A stretch of 64,000 bases of DNA. Source: Octopus sinensis. Lineage: Eukaryota. Location: assembly GCF_006345805.1 (NCBI RefSeq), contig NC_043005.1, positions 89,156,001 to 89,220,000 of the forward strand, read 5' to 3'. This document shows, in pieces, positions 49,254 to 63,938 of this stretch. Every line of letters begins with the position of its first letter. Position 1 is the first letter of the stretch. The position numbers were made by a program, and so were the translations under genes. The notes beneath the pieces were generated by a model. That model worked only from the letters and a program-made list of their open reading frames with translations. It ran no database searches and was not told where the DNA came from.

Positions 49254-49696
49254 CTCATTAAATAAAACACTGTTTCACTCAGGTTTAATACACCATGTTG
49301 TTAGTGACAGTATGTTTAAGCCAACTCAAAGCACACTGAATAATTCCCACCGATGTAGATCCAGTGATAATTGTATTAATACTGTAGATGATGTCCAGCA
49401 GCTATGGGCAGTGGATGTTCTTCATCGGCTACGAACATACCCAATACATATATATACACACTCCTATATTCTTTTATTCTCTTCTTTTAGTCATTTGACT
49501 GCAGCCATGCTAGAGCACCACCTTTAGTCAAATAAATCGACCTCGGGACTTATTCTTTTGTAATAATAATAGTAATAAAAAATATAATAATCAATATAAA
49601 CAAAACTGAACACATAATAAAATAAAATACAAAGATAAATAAACAAATGGAAGTAAATAACTATATACATTTTTTTAATTATTATTATTATTATTA

Positions 49697-49744
<48 letters not shown>

Positions 49745-50939
49745 CATACATACATACATACATAATAATAATAATAATGATAATGATGATAATAATAATA
49801 AGTAGGTGTAAACACATGAACAAAATAAAAATAAACAAAAACAAATTACACGAACTTATATAAACAGGAGATACAAATATTACAGGCACTCCCCCCCCAT
49901 ACACGCACACACTAACTAAACATAGACACACATAGGGGTATACGCCATGCGCAAATGAAGACACATACAATAGGAATACAAAATACAAAATGGCTGACCG
50001 TTAGTAAGGAGAGACACAAATAAGAAAGAAGAAAGCAAAGGACTACAGATGCAGTCACAGGAGTGTGACGAAAGAACTCTGGCCGAAATAAGATTAAGAT
50101 TAATGTAAAAAATAAATAACGCTGAAGCAAAGTAACACCAAATATATAGTGCGTGTGTTTTTATTGGCTAAACTGGCAAAATGACCATTCCGAAATATAA
50201 CAATATCTGTTTCAACACACGATTTCACATCAAAAAATCTTGCAAAACAAATATATAAATGTATATATATGTGTGTATATATTCAAACATATAAGGGATG
50301 GCCATAATAGGACATCCGACTCACTAGAAAGAGCAGCTAAACTCCAAACCACTAATAGTTGTAATTCTGAAATGGAAAGAGAAATAAAAACGTTTACCCT
50401 CTCCTTTCTGGACTATGCATAGTTTCGGCAATCTTTTGTAAATAAAGTAAATTTATTTACCACTGGCGTTGCCTCTTCAGCAGAAAAGCCAAGGTCTACC
50501 ATATGTTCACGAGGCGATAACAAACATGCCTTGAGTCCATATGCTATAAATTTTCAAAATCCACCACACTCGCGCGGTTTTCTCAGCAGTAAATATAAAC
50601 TGCCGGTTTAATTTCAAAATTAGCCAAAAAATCATTATGTATATATGTGTGTACATGTCTTTGTGTCTGTGTCTGTCCCCCAACCCCCACTTGACCACAG
50701 GTGTTGGTGTGTTTATGTCTCGATAACTTAGCAGTTCAGCCAAAGAGACTGATAGAATAGGAACCAAGTTTATAAAAAAATAATTACTTGGGTCAATTCT
50801 TTTGAGTTAAAATTCTTGAAGGCGGTGCCCCAGCATGGCCATGGTCTTATGACTGAAACAAGCAAAAGAATAGATCTGTCAAAGTAAATGTCACTTCTTC
50901 CTTCTTCCAAAAACACACTTTTTCCATCCTTTATTTGCC

Positions 50940-51315
50940 TGCCTCGCAATGGCCCAGTGGTTAGGGAAGTGGACTTGTGGTTGTAGGATCGCAGTTTCGA
51001 TTCTCAGACTGGGCGTTGTCAGTGTTTATTGAGCAAAAACACCTAAAGCTCCACAAGGTTCCTGCAGGGGATGGTGGCAAACCCTGTTGTACTTTTTCAC
51101 CACACCTTTCTCTCACTCTTCCTGTTTCTGTTGTACCTGTATTTCAAAGGGCCAGCCTTGTCACACTCTGTGTCATGCTGAATCTCCCCAAGAACTGCAT
51201 TTAGGATACACGTGTCTGTGGAGTGCTCAGCCACTTGCACGTTAAGTTCACGAGCAGGCTGTTCTGTTGATTGGATCAACTGGAACCCTCGTCGTTGCAA
51301 CCAACGGAATGCCAC
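50940..51315 (+). mobile_element. tRNA-derived SINE (family C)
   Basis: Homologous to 8445-8830; a 3' fragment also lies at ~60040-60185 (-). Confidence 0.85.
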
Positions 51316-52569
51316 ATATTTGTCTGCCTGACCCCCCCCCACCCTCATCCGTTCTTTCTCTCTGGCTTGCCTCTATCTTTATTTGCTTTTTCACTACTAG
51401 TTTCTCTCTTTGCCTGCTTATTTGCCTTTCTGTTTGTGTCTGTATGTGTGTGTGTGTGTACCTGTGTGTCTGTCTGTCTGTCTTGCTGTTTCTGTTCTTG
51501 CCTCTTTCCATCTGTTGCACTTTTAATATATCATGTGTGTGTGTCACAGAAGTTGGTCAAGTTATCAAATGCATTGCATTTCTTAATTGTATCACTCAGT
51601 GTGATGTAATTCCTCTTCTATGTTAAAGAAACACATATCTGAGCGAATGGTGGGACACACACATGGAGATATATATATACACACACACATACATACATAC
51701 ATCTATACGATGGGCTTCTTTCAGTTTCCGTCTACCAAATCCACTCACAAGGCTTTGGTCATCCTGAGGCTATAGCAGAAGACACTTGCCCAAGGTGCCA
51801 CGCAGTGGGACTGAACCCAGAACCATGTGGTTGGGAAGCAAACTTCATAGTGCACAGCCATCACAAAAGATATTGAATTGTTATTTCCAAGGTAAACTCA
51901 GTAGAAAAGTGGACAAAATGTTTTGAGTTATATTTAACAAAGTCTTTGCATTTGAGTTCAAATCTTGCTGAGGCTGAATTTACTTGTTATCCTCCTGGGG
52001 TCAATAAAATATAGTACCAAGAGGCATGTGGTTTAGTGGTTAAGATGTTGCCCTCTCAGTAGCCAGGTCCTGAGTTCGATTCTCATGCTGGGTGGCACAT
52101 TGTGTTCTTGAGCAAAACACTTCATTCTACACTGCTCTGCAGATGGGAGAGTGGCAGAATTGTTAGCATTTTGGCAGAAGTGTTTTACAATATATCTTCT
52201 GGCTCTCTACATTCTGAGTTCGAATCCTACCTGCCTGGAGAAGGCAATGAGAAACCACTCCAGTATTCATCTTAAGTCTAGTCAGGGTAGTGAAGTGTCT
52301 AGTAATCCACTTAACAGTGAAAAAGGAGGGTACAGGCCCTCTCAGATCGTATAGAGAGTGCTGGAAAAAGTTCACATGTACAGGACCTGCCCAAGTGCAG
52401 ACCACCACTAGACTAGACCAATTAAGTACTAGATTGATTCACTTTTCCCTCAAAATTCATGTCCATAATCATCATCATCATCATCACTACATTTTGTAGA
52501 TTTGTGAAATTTGATCTGCTATTTTGAATGACTAAATTAATTTTGTTTCGTTTGTATTTTGAACACTAG

Positions 52570-53046
52570 ATATTTACACTAACCAACTACCATTTGACTA
52601 TCAGTACCCATACTCTTTGTCTGACGAACTCATTGACTTCTATGAAGACACTGATGCTGCAGACAGATTAGATTATTATCAAGAGGATTCTTCTGTGTTG
52701 TGGCAACACCAACTGAATGAAGCTAAGAACTATAAATCTCATTCTTCGTTTCAACATGACGATTCATCACAACATTTCCTGCCTCACAGCCCCCGATCTG
52801 GGCCTCTTCAATCAAAAGTTCGGATGCTATCGGCACCCTTCAGAAGTGAGTCACGAGCAAAGATCAAAGATGCCTTCATCCGAGGAAAGGATTACCTTAT
52901 GATGAAAGTTCAAGACTACCAGCAGAAAATCCGTTCCAATATGAATACTAAGCTAGAAACAGTTCACCCAAACAGTTCTATTTCTGATCATTACCATTCT
53001 CAACAAGAATTCAGTGACATTAGGAACTGTACCATGTTACACACAG
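52570..53046 (+). CDS. Candidate 477-bp coding exon (phase 1 to 1) of an unidentified gene
   Basis: Pyrimidine-rich ...aacactag| acceptor, acag|gtaaga donor; stop-free frame IYTNQLPFDYQYPYSLSDELIDFYED...SESRAKIKDAFIRGKDYLMMKVQDYQQKIR...MLHT. Confidence 0.6.
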
Positions 53047-53752
53047 GTAAGATAGTCCTTTCCATTTTACTCTATGGATTTGGAGTAAGCGGTTGTTGTT
53101 GTTTTGAGCCCTAGGTTAGCCATGATCAAGCAAGACTGGAGTCAGAGCCATTGTAGCCATAACCATTATGTAATTTATTCAGACATCATGCACCTAGGCT
53201 ACACTATCAAATGTGTCCTTCCTTTTTTTAAGACACTGGGGTGTGATTTAAGAGAAATTTGTCTTATTTCTAGCAGGTTAACTCACTGCTTAGAAGTTCC
53301 ACATTGACGAAAGACTCTAGTGTTGTTGTTGTTGTTCCAATCCAGTTTCTCCTTGGCCAAGCATGTTTTCACAATATGCTGGAAAGGAACATCACTGCTT
53401 CTATGACAGTCACACTCATTTACAGCAATTACACAATGTTAACACAAAGAAACACAGATACACACACACTCACCCATGCATTACATATATATGCATATAC
53501 CTGTTTGCCGTTTTTTACTCTCTGCGTTTTCTATCTGCTGCTTTCTCAGTTTCTTTGCATTTCTTCTATTATCATTCAATTTCTTTGCTTCGTTATGATA
53601 TATGGTTTGCACCTGAAGAATATGTTTCAGTATTTATCAACATATGAAACATAGCAGCGCTTAAATACGTGTATTCTGTCCTTTAAATAAATAATATTTA
53701 CCTCTCACCAGATGGAGTACTTTTTTTGTTGAATTTTCTATCACAGAACAGT

Positions 53753-53790
<38 letters not shown>

Positions 53791-54152
53791 CATAAATATA
53801 TATATATATAAATGGAACAAAAATGCAATAGAAGGCATTAAAACATTCGGACAAACAAACGACACAAAGGCAGACAAGAGAAACAACAATTAGAAGGACA
53901 GGCAAAAAAAGACGCCTCATTCTTGGCTTTCTTTTATCAGTCAAGTACCAGAAGTCACGACCATTTCAGACAGTTACACTTGATCTGGTTGTCCCCCAAA
54001 AAGTCTTATATATATATAGTTTACTGTTCCATTAATGTTGGATCAACAAATAAGTACTGCTAATTATCTGATTAATTATAGTACTCCATGGCAATAAACT
54101 ATTCGTAGCTCTTATTTTAATACTGTGTACACTAAATTATATATATATATAC

Positions 54153-54208
<56 letters not shown>

Positions 54209-55461
54209 AATATGTGCTGGTGCCACATAAAAAGCACCCTCTACACTCTGTAAAGTGGTTGGCATTAAGAAGGGTATCCAACCATAGAAACCAAGCCAAA
54301 TCAGTCTGGAATCTGGTGCAGCTCTCTGGCTTGCCAGCTCTGGTCCAACCATCCAACCCATGCTAGCATGGAAAATGGACATTAAATGATGATGATGATG
54401 ATGATGATGATGATATATGTATGTATGTATGTACACTCACACACACACACACAACAGGCTTCATTGAAATGCTCCGACAAGGCCTTGGTTGGTCCAGGGC
54501 TATAGCAGAAGACACTTGCCCAAGTTGCTGCACAGTGGGCCTGAATTCAAAACCATGTGGTCAAGAAGTAAGACATTTACCACAGAGCCACATATAATTG
54601 AACACAATATAATATAATATAATATAATATAGCTTACCAAAGTAGGAACCATCATTATTGTGTGTGGAGGAAGTAAAGCTTTCTTTCAGTCTCTCTGTCC
54701 TTCCTTATCTGCCTTTGCTTTATTTACATCAGTGCTATGGCATCATATATGCTTTTTTTTTTTTTTTGTTCATAATAGTACTCATAGCAACACACCTTTC
54801 TAACAAAGAGGAAGTGGTGATATGGAGCTCAACAGCTGGCTGCAGGTGACTGGAATGGTTGGAGTTGAGAGTGGGTGGGGGGACAGGCCTGATATTTCTC
54901 TGCTAATTCATTCTCTCTCCATAATAGAGGAGATGAAAGAGCAAAAAGAAAAAAAAAATAAAGAAAAAAAATAAAGAAGCAGTGATAGAGATAATAGTTG
55001 GCATTGTTGTGGCGGTGCTTATGTTAATGATGATGATGGCTACCATGTTGTGGTGATTTGGATGAGTATGATATATAGTTGATGCTCATTATGATGAGAA
55101 TGACAACTGAGGGAAATAAATAAATGATGATGATGATGATGACAATGGTGGTGGTGGTGGTGGTGACAACCGGTTGGTGATACTGCAACTCAGCACATAT
55201 AACTACAAGCACTAGTAATATAAAGAGGTAAATAGAAAATAAAATCAAACATAAACCAGACAGTGTGTGTGTGTGTGTGTGTGTGTGTGAGATCATCATC
55301 ATCATTTAACATCTGTTTTCCATGCTGGCATGGGTTGGATGGTTTGACTGAAACTGTTAAGTTGGGAAGCTGCACCAGGTTCCAATCTGATTTGGCATGG
55401 TTCCTATGGTTGGATGTCCTTCCTGTCAGCCTGTCTCTCTGATGTGACCAATAATTAATTA

Positions 55462-55510
<49 letters not shown>

Positions 55511-55621
55511 TATTGGTGAATTGAAGAAATGGAGCTGAACGCAGATTGAACAGAAATCGTTTTATTTCATTCTACAACTTTTGATTAATCTACTACAAGA
55601 TTATTCATCTTTCTATTTCAC

Positions 55622-55689
<68 letters not shown>

Positions 55690-55704
55690 TATATTTGTAT
55701 GTAT

Positions 55705-56340
55705 ATATCATCATCTTCATCATCATCGTTTAGCTTCCATTTTCCATGCTGGCATGGGTTGGATGGTCTGACTGAGAACTGGTGAGCCAGGGAGCTGTAC
55801 CAGATTCCAGTCTGATTTAGCATGATTTTTATGGCTGGACGCCCTTCCTAATGCCAACCACTCCAAGAGTGTAGTGGGTGCTATTTATGTGCTGGTTACG
55901 AAACACCACCATCAGTAATGACTGTGATGTCACTTGACTTGAGAGGTCTTCTCAAGCACGGTTTATTGCCAAATGTCTCTATGAGGCCCAAAGTTCAAAG
56001 GGTGCTTTTTATGTGCCACCAACACAAGTGCCAGTTATGTGACACTGGCATCAGCCATGACTACGATTTCACTTGGCTTGATGGGTCTTTGCAAACAGCA
56101 TGTCACCCAACGTACAAAGGGTGCTTTTTATGATCCACAGGCACGAGTGCCAGTTATATGACACTCACATCGACAACAACTGCGATTTCACTTGGCTTGG
56201 TGGGTCTTCACAAGCATGGCATATCACCAAAGGTTTTGGTCGCTTGTCATTGCTTCTGTGAGGCCCAACATTTGAAGATCATGCTGCACCACCTCATCCC
56301 GTGTCTTCCTGGATCTACCTCTTCCACAGGTTCCCTCCAC
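55705..56340 (-). mobile_element. 5'-truncated RTE 3' end
   Basis: Minus strand VEGTCGRGRSRKTRDEVVQHDLQMLGLTEAM, then the 3' UTR with tandem units and (GAT)n tail. Confidence 0.85.
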
Positions 56341-56400
56341 ACACACACACACAATATATGGGAGTATGAGAAAGTGTATATGAATATATATATATTCATC

Positions 56401-56434
<34 letters not shown>

Positions 56435-58417
56435 GGAGCAAGCGAAAGCTGCTCTCATATCAGAGCGAAACAAAATCCCTCCATGTTTATGATTTTATGA
56501 ATTTATTCATAATTTACACTATATTGATATTCAAATAATTATTACTTGGCCACCACTCTAGTACTACCTCCTCCTCCTCCTTATTATCATTTTATGCCTA
56601 TTTCTCTTCTCCACCATACTTGTTCTATGGTGTTGGTCAAGGCTTCTCTAACTCAGCCTCTCACCATTTGTGGCATCATCGTTTTGTCTCATCTCCTTCT
56701 TCAGATCAATCTCCTGACATCACTTTGCTTTGCATTCTTTCTCATGTCTACTTTAAACTTTCCTTTTTCCATGAGAATCCTTCCACTAGAATGGTGTGTG
56801 TGTGTATGTCTGTGTGTGTGTTTGCTCCCCCCACATCACCACTTGACAGCCAATGTTGGTGTGTTTACATCCCCATAGCCTAGCAGTTCAGCAAAAGAAA
56901 CCAACAGACTAAGTACCAGGCTTTTAAAAAAAAAGAAATTAAATTCTGGAGTCGATTCATTTGACTTAAAATTCTTGAAGACAGTGCTGCCCCAGCATGG
57001 CCGCAGTCTATTGACTGAAACAAGAGAAAAAAATAATTTCAAGTTACAGTTTAATGTATTTTTTATTTCATTTTTGTTCAGAATATTCCGTAAAATAGGT
57101 TAAACTAAATATATTGTCTTTTGAACTGTCAACATCTAAATGGCTCACACAGCAATACCGTGTTTGTTTTGGTGGGTTTTGTCTTCACAGTCGCCACTAA
57201 TTCAGTAAATATGTAGTTATGAACCGATCTATTGTACACACTAAAATGTCAAGATGTGTGTGTATGTGTGTGTGTGTGTAGATCATCATCATTGTCATTT
57301 AATGTCTGACTCCATGCTAGGCTGGGTTGGATAGGTTAACAAAGTCTGTCTCCTCTGGCATACGGCAGGGATACCCTCCCTAAAGCTTATCACTTTTACA
57401 AAGTAAACCAGTGCTTTTTCATGGTACCAGCACCAATGATGATTGCCTCATAACTAGCAGTGTTAAGGCCTAAAGCAGCCCCTTGTAAATGAGTGCAACT
57501 ATCTTCTACTGTAACCCTGGGATAATTCAACCAAGACTTGTGAGTGGATTTGGTTAGACAGAAACTGAAAGAAGCCCACTCTGTGTGTGTGTGATTTTTC
57601 TTTGAGTTTTATTTCAGTGTTTCTTGAGAAAGTCCAAACCAGTTGCTAACAAAGTGACAAGATGTCCACAGAGAGTCCCTGGTCTTTGTAAACATGTGGT
57701 TGAGTTGGAGTGTTGGTTGGGTTGCTGATGCATGCAGCCAAGTGTGTGTATCTTATTCACTGAAACAATCTCAGATGAGGAATCTTCGAAATATCTTACA
57801 ACTCTTTACTCTGCCACCAACGGGTTGCATTTGGAGAATCCATGTCAGTATCTTTTGCTCTTTCTTTGGAAAACCTAGTATTTCTAGGTTTTTGTGTAAA
57901 TTTTTAGGTACATAGCCTAATGAACCTATGATGATAACACACCTATACATGTATGTGTGTGTGTGTATGTGTGTCTGTGTGTATATATGTATGTATGTGT
58001 GTTTCCATCTACCAAACTAACACACTCACAAGGCTTTGATTATCCTGAGGCTACAGTTGAAGACATTTGCTCAAGGTGCCATGTAGTGAGACTGAACCTG
58101 GATCCATGTGGTAAGGAAGTAAACCTCTTACCACACAGCTACACTTGTGCCTCTGTTTGAATATGTGTGTGTGAGTGTGTGTGCATGCGTGCTGGCGTCA
58201 CATAACTGACACCTGTGCCGATGGCATGTAAAAAGTATCTGTTACACTCTTGGAGTGGTTGGCATTAGGAAGGGCGTCCAGCCATAAAAATCATGCCAAA
58301 TCAGACTGGGACCTGGTGCAGCTCCCTGGCTTACCAGTTCTCTGTCAGACCATCCAACCCATACCAGCATGGAAAATGGAAGCTAAATGATGATGATGAT
58401 GATGATGATATATACAC

Positions 58418-58486
<69 letters not shown>

Positions 58487-58861
58487 CATACAAATGTGTG
58501 TGTGTGTGTGTGTGTGTACATATATAATCATAATTAATTATTGGTCACATCAGAAAGACAGGCTGACAAACTGACTCACAGAAATAGCCAGTGTGAACAA
58601 ATAAAAAATGAAATAGAAGACATTCACAGCAATATCTAGTTTATAATAATAAGGTAATTGTCTACAGGAAATATTCACTCTAATTTTCTGCTCATTAATT
58701 CTATTTTTACAACTAGTTCCTTCAACAAATATGACAAGCTATATATATATATATATATATATATGTATTTAGAGAGAGAAAGAGACAGAAACTTATTGCT
58801 ACATATGTGGCTTTCCAAGTGTATATGTAGGTGTATATATGGGTGTATGGATGTGTGTGCA

Positions 58862-58894
<33 letters not shown>

Positions 58895-59639
58895 ATAAGA
58901 AGTATATTGTGTGTAATTATATATAGTAACTAGACACACACACAAACATCACAAGGCACATCTCTGTTCAGCTAGCCAGGACATTTATTCACTGAGAGTG
59001 TTCTGCAAACTAATTAGAAATTAAATGGGGCTATGATGAATGTCTGTGTGAAATAATTGTATGTATATTTGACACACACATGCATGCATGCACATGCAAA
59101 GAGTTAAGAAGTTCACTTGGTGAAATTTTGTAGACAACCTGAATCAGAATATTTTATTCAATGAGGTTCAATTTTCCAAATGTCAGGACCCAGAGATTTT
59201 TTTTTTACTCTACTTCTTGTCATATTCCAAGAATACAGCAACAATTCCAAGCATCCTGCTGGCTTCCTCTTCTTTGACTCATGCCCACTCCTCCTCATTC
59301 CTGAACAGCAACCACCAGTCCTTCTTTTGTACTGAATCAAATTAAGATGTTTCTGTTGTTATGGAAACAGACTTATTCACAAAGCAATATGCCCACCAGC
59401 ACCATATTCTGTGATTCTGTGAGTTTCCACTTGAAACCATCCTGTCCTGATCTTAATACCTGCCTGAGAAACTTTTGAACTACAGGATTCCCAGTATTGC
59501 TGCACCTCTCCAACATGGACCACCACCAATGCATAGACATAGATCATTATTTGTATTTTTATGTCTACTTTTCCAAGTTTGAATGGGTTGGATGGATCTA
59601 CTCCCCTCCCTTGTGAAGTTCAACATTCTGTCCATGTCT

Positions 59640-59880
59640 TCCTTAGTCTTCTTCATCTTCTTCTTCTTCTTCTTCTTCTTCTTCTTCTTCTTCTTCTTCT
59701 TCGTCTTTTTCATCTTCGTCGTCGTCTCCTCCTCCTCCTCATCCTTCTCTTCCTCCTCATCCTCATCCTTCTCCTCTTCCTCCTCTTCCTCCTCATCCTC
59801 ATCCTCATCCTTCTCCTCATCTTTCTCCTCCTCCTCCCATCATCCTCCCCTCCTCCTCCTCATCGCCCTTCACCTTCCAC
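59640..59880. repeat. Compound (CTT)n/(CCT)n/(CAT)n low-complexity tract
   Basis: Direct reading. Confidence 0.95.
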
Positions 59881-60199
59881 TCACATCTCCTGAGCACTTC
59901 TTTACTCATCTCTTATCATCTCTACACATTACTTCTCCATGCCAATGGGGTCGCCTGTCTGGCACGCTACATCTCATCTCCCTGACGCCTCCCAGCTCAT
60001 CTGAACCCTTTTCTTACTTTAGAGAAGCACTCCACAAGGATTCCAGTTGATCTGATCGACAGAACTGCGTGCTCGTGAAACTAGAAGGCAAGTGGCTGAG
60101 TACTCCACAAACATACGTGAATCCTTATTGTAGTTCTCACGGAGATTCAGCACAACACAGAATGTGACAAAGCTGGGCTTTTTGTATTACTAAGGCGAC

Positions 60200-60430
60200 G
60201 AGCTGGCAGAATTGTTAGCACGCCGGGTGAAATGCTTTGCGGTATTTTGTCTGCCGCTATGTTCTGAGTTCAAATTCCGCCAAGGTTGACTTTGCCTTTC
60301 ATCCTCTCAGGGTCGATTAAAATAAGTACCAGTTACGCACTGGGGTCGATGTAATCAACTTAATCCGTGTGTCTGTCCTTGTTTGCCCCCTCTGTGTTTA
60401 GCCCCTTGTGGGTAGTAAAGAAATAGGTAC
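60200..60430 (+). mobile_element. SINE (family D) with a conserved central-domain-like segment
   Basis: gagctggcagaattgttagc...ctgagttcaaattcc B-box, then gttgactttgcctttcatcctctcagggtcgattaaaataagtaccag. Degenerate copies at ~32170-32290 (-) and 51930-52020. Confidence 0.75.
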
Positions 60431-61812
60431 AACTCATTCTTGCCAGCTGAATGGACTGGAGTAAAGGGAAATGAAGTGTCTTGCTCAAGGACACAACATG
60501 CCCCTGTGTATCAAACCCACGGTCGTAAAGTCATGAGTCAAATACCCTAACCACTAAGCCATGTGCTTTCACACATCACTAATTCACATCCACCTCCACA
60601 CAATCAGCAGAGTATACTTGTTTCATTTGTATTAAGAAATGTTTCCATTTGTTTTCTGTCCATAAAGTCATCTTCTTTAATACTATTACTCCTCCCTTGA
60701 GGGGTCTTGTCTTGCAACCTCACTAGTGCCAGTGCCACATAAAAAGGCACCCGGCGTACTCTGTAAATTGGTTGGTGTTTGGAAGTGGGGGGGGGGCTCA
60801 AGCTGTAGAAACGATGCCAAGGTGGACATTGGAGCATTAGTGCAGTCCCCTCCTTGCTTCCAACTCCTGTTGAACTATCCAACCCTACCAGTGTGGGAAA
60901 TGGACATTAAATGATGATGACGATGACGATGATGATGATGACAATGACAAGGGTGGTGGTGGTGGTGGTGATGAGGAGGAGGATGACAATGATGATGATG
61001 ATGATGATGATGATGATGGTGACGATGATGATGATGGTAGTGGTGATGGTGGTGATGATGATGATTTCCCATACTCTCACAAACACAATGAACACATATT
61101 GAAGAATTGCTTTGCAACCAGCTCTCCTTCCTGTTGGTACCTTTTACGTGTTGGTTCAAATAAGGGATTGTTTATTCAACTCATTTTCAACAACATAAAG
61201 TCACAAGATAATTTCTTAGAAAAGAAGGCCAACAGAAGGCATCCCTTTTTTTTTTCTTTTTTTTTTCTCAACGTTTTTTTATGCAGGGATGTGAAATGTA
61301 AACATTCACACAAACACACATATACATATTAATACACACAAACACACACACACACATACATATAAGTTCTGTAATGAGAGAATTATGACTGCAATCTGTC
61401 AAGATATCTGTAGGAGCAGAAGTCCATTGTGTGTGTGTGTGTGTGTGTGTGTTCTTGACTTGTGTGCTAATTCAAAACAAAACCATCCTTCATACAGATG
61501 ATGATGATGATGATGATGGTGTAATTTGTTTACAATCTTCCATGAAAATATGCCCAGCCATTGAACTGTTCCTGGCCTGAGGAAAGAGGAATGTGTGTGG
61601 GTGAGAAAAGTGATGGCAGTAGAGATGGTGGGATGGAGAGGAAGACTGACATAGGATGTGGCTCATGATAATGGAGGTGGATATGGGGAGATAAGGGGCA
61701 CCTGTGAAGGTGGGATACAGCCGATAGGACAAAATGGAGAAGACTGTCACTGCCCCCACCCACTACTACTGCCACCAATATATGTGTGCGTAGTTTCGTG
61801 GATATCTATATC

Positions 61813-61844
<32 letters not shown>

Positions 61845-61923
61845 TATAGATAGATATAGATATAGATATGTACACACATAGATATGTTCATACATGCCTT
61901 ACATAAACAAACATAGATATATG

Positions 61924-61965
<42 letters not shown>

Positions 61966-62827
61966 GTCATCATCATCATCATCATTTTACATCTACTTTC
62001 CATGCAGGCATGGGTTGGATGGTTTGACAGAAGCTGGCCAAACAGAAGACTTGACCAGGCTTCAGTGTCTGTTTTGGCAGGGTTTTTACAGCTGGATGCT
62101 CTTCCAAATGCCAACCACTTGCAAGAGAAAGATCTTTTGAGATGGGGGTGGGCATTGGAGGAGACAGAGACAGAGAGACAGAAATAGGTGTGTTGCTGTG
62201 AAGGAGATACCTGATTACCCAACCAGAGGGAAGAGCAAGAGAGAGAGAGAGAGAGTGGAAGGGAGCAAGAGTGCTAGAGAGAGCAGGGGAGAGATGGTGG
62301 TGAAGTGCCAGGGCCTACTCACAAGGAACAGGGATCAGAATATAAATGGGAGGGTAGAGCAAGAGAGGGATAGATGGTGGCAAATGCCTGGGCATACCCT
62401 CAATGTGCAGGGGTCAGAATAGAAATGGCAGGGCATTGCCAAAGGTGCATGAGCAGGAAGTAGAGAATTCACATAGATGCAAAGGGTGTGGGGGTGAGGA
62501 ATGCAGTGACTGGTGAAACCTGGGTATATGGAGGGAGGGGGTACTACAGGATTGCAATGATGCAGTGAGTAAGGCAGTGAGGATAGGATTGGAGAGCAAG
62601 AGATAAGCATAACGCATGAAAAAAGGAAATGTGAGGAAGAGAAGAGAATATATATATATATATATATATATATTATGTATATATATAATATATATATATA
62701 TATATCTTATAGATTCAGATGAATATGGTACTTAAGTTGAGGCACCAGAATTTAGTACGGTATTATCCATACAATTTCAAAGTAAGGTGATTAAAATCAA
62801 AATAAGCACTAAGGATTTCCAGAGGTA

Positions 62828-62916
62828 ATGCAGTATGATTGTTTCATGCAATTCCATTTAATTTAACAATGCAATCATCACATCAATTTAAAATGCAGAA
62901 CAATCCTCAGCTGCAT
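62828..62916 (-). ncRNA. Type I hammerhead ribozyme-like motif with a long imperfect stem II
   Basis: Minus strand: atgcag-CTGAGGA-(58 nt)-GAAA-caatca-TA-ctgcat; perfect 6-bp stem I. Stem III ACAATCAT is two CG-to-CA changes from the palindrome ACGATCGT. Confidence 0.6.
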
Positions 62917-63057
62917 AAAGGCATAGAATTTAATTAAAACAGATGGACACATTAGTATAATTATAACTAAAATATCCAAGAAACTGAAGTGAAGACAGCA
63001 TCATCTTTGTCTATCGCCTTACCTTCTTGGAGATTTTAGGTAAAATTATACAAATGT

Positions 63058-63400
63058 ATAGGTGTAGGAGTCGCTGTGTGGTAAATAGCTTGCTTACGTA
63101 CCACATGGTTCCGAGTTCAGTCCCACTGCGTGGCATCTTGGGCAAGTGTCCTCTACTATAGCTTCGGGCCAACCAAAGCCTTGTGAGTGGATTTTATAGA
63201 CGGAAACTGAAAGAAGCCCATCATATATATGTATATATATATATATATATATATTATATATGTATATGTATCTGTGTGTATATGTTTGTGTGTCTGTGTT
63301 TCTTCCCCCAACATCGCTTGAAAACCGATGCTTGCATGTTTACATCCCTGTAACTTAGAGGTTCGGCAAGAGAGACCGATAGATTAAGTACTAGGCTTAT
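63058..63400 (+). mobile_element. tRNA-derived SINE (family A), 3'-truncated
   Basis: Aligns by eye to 31565-31910. Confidence 0.85.
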
Positions 63401-63938
63401 ACACAATTACTTACAAATTTTCTAAAATCGTGACAATATTTATGACCATGCCCAACAAGAAACTGTCAACTCACTCCTGCCCTCCATTCTAAACAGACAC
63501 TGTCCTCTAGCCTTAGATTTGGTAGCTGATAAAAAATGACTCATAAATTATAATCCTTTACAAGCTATGACCCTAACAAACTTCATACAGTTCTTAGAAG
63601 TGTAGTATATTCTGAGTCACATTAGTAGCAACATGAACTTTCTCCCTCTTCTTGCTCTATTAGAGACTTTGAGTAAAATTATATTAACGTGTCTAACTGA
63701 TTAAAAATTCTATTTATTTATTTGGGCAGCTGAGGATAGCCCTGCATTTAAATTGATATAAAGATTCCATTGTTCAATTAAATGAAGCCACTTGAAACAG
63801 TCGTACTGCATCACCTCTTGATATCCTATTGCTTATTTTGATTTTATTCACCTTACTTTGAGTTGTACGGATAATACTGCATTGACTTGGTGCTTCAACT
63901 TAAGTACCTAATGCAACTGAATCTCAATTATATGTGTG

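Noticed and set aside
50160-50215. tattg...GAAATATA...caata hammerhead-like spacing
   Set aside because: The core has three or more mismatches, which is within chance for AT-rich DNA.
59158-59340. Short minus-strand ORF or exon
   Set aside because: Stops in the most protein-like frame and no recognisable family.
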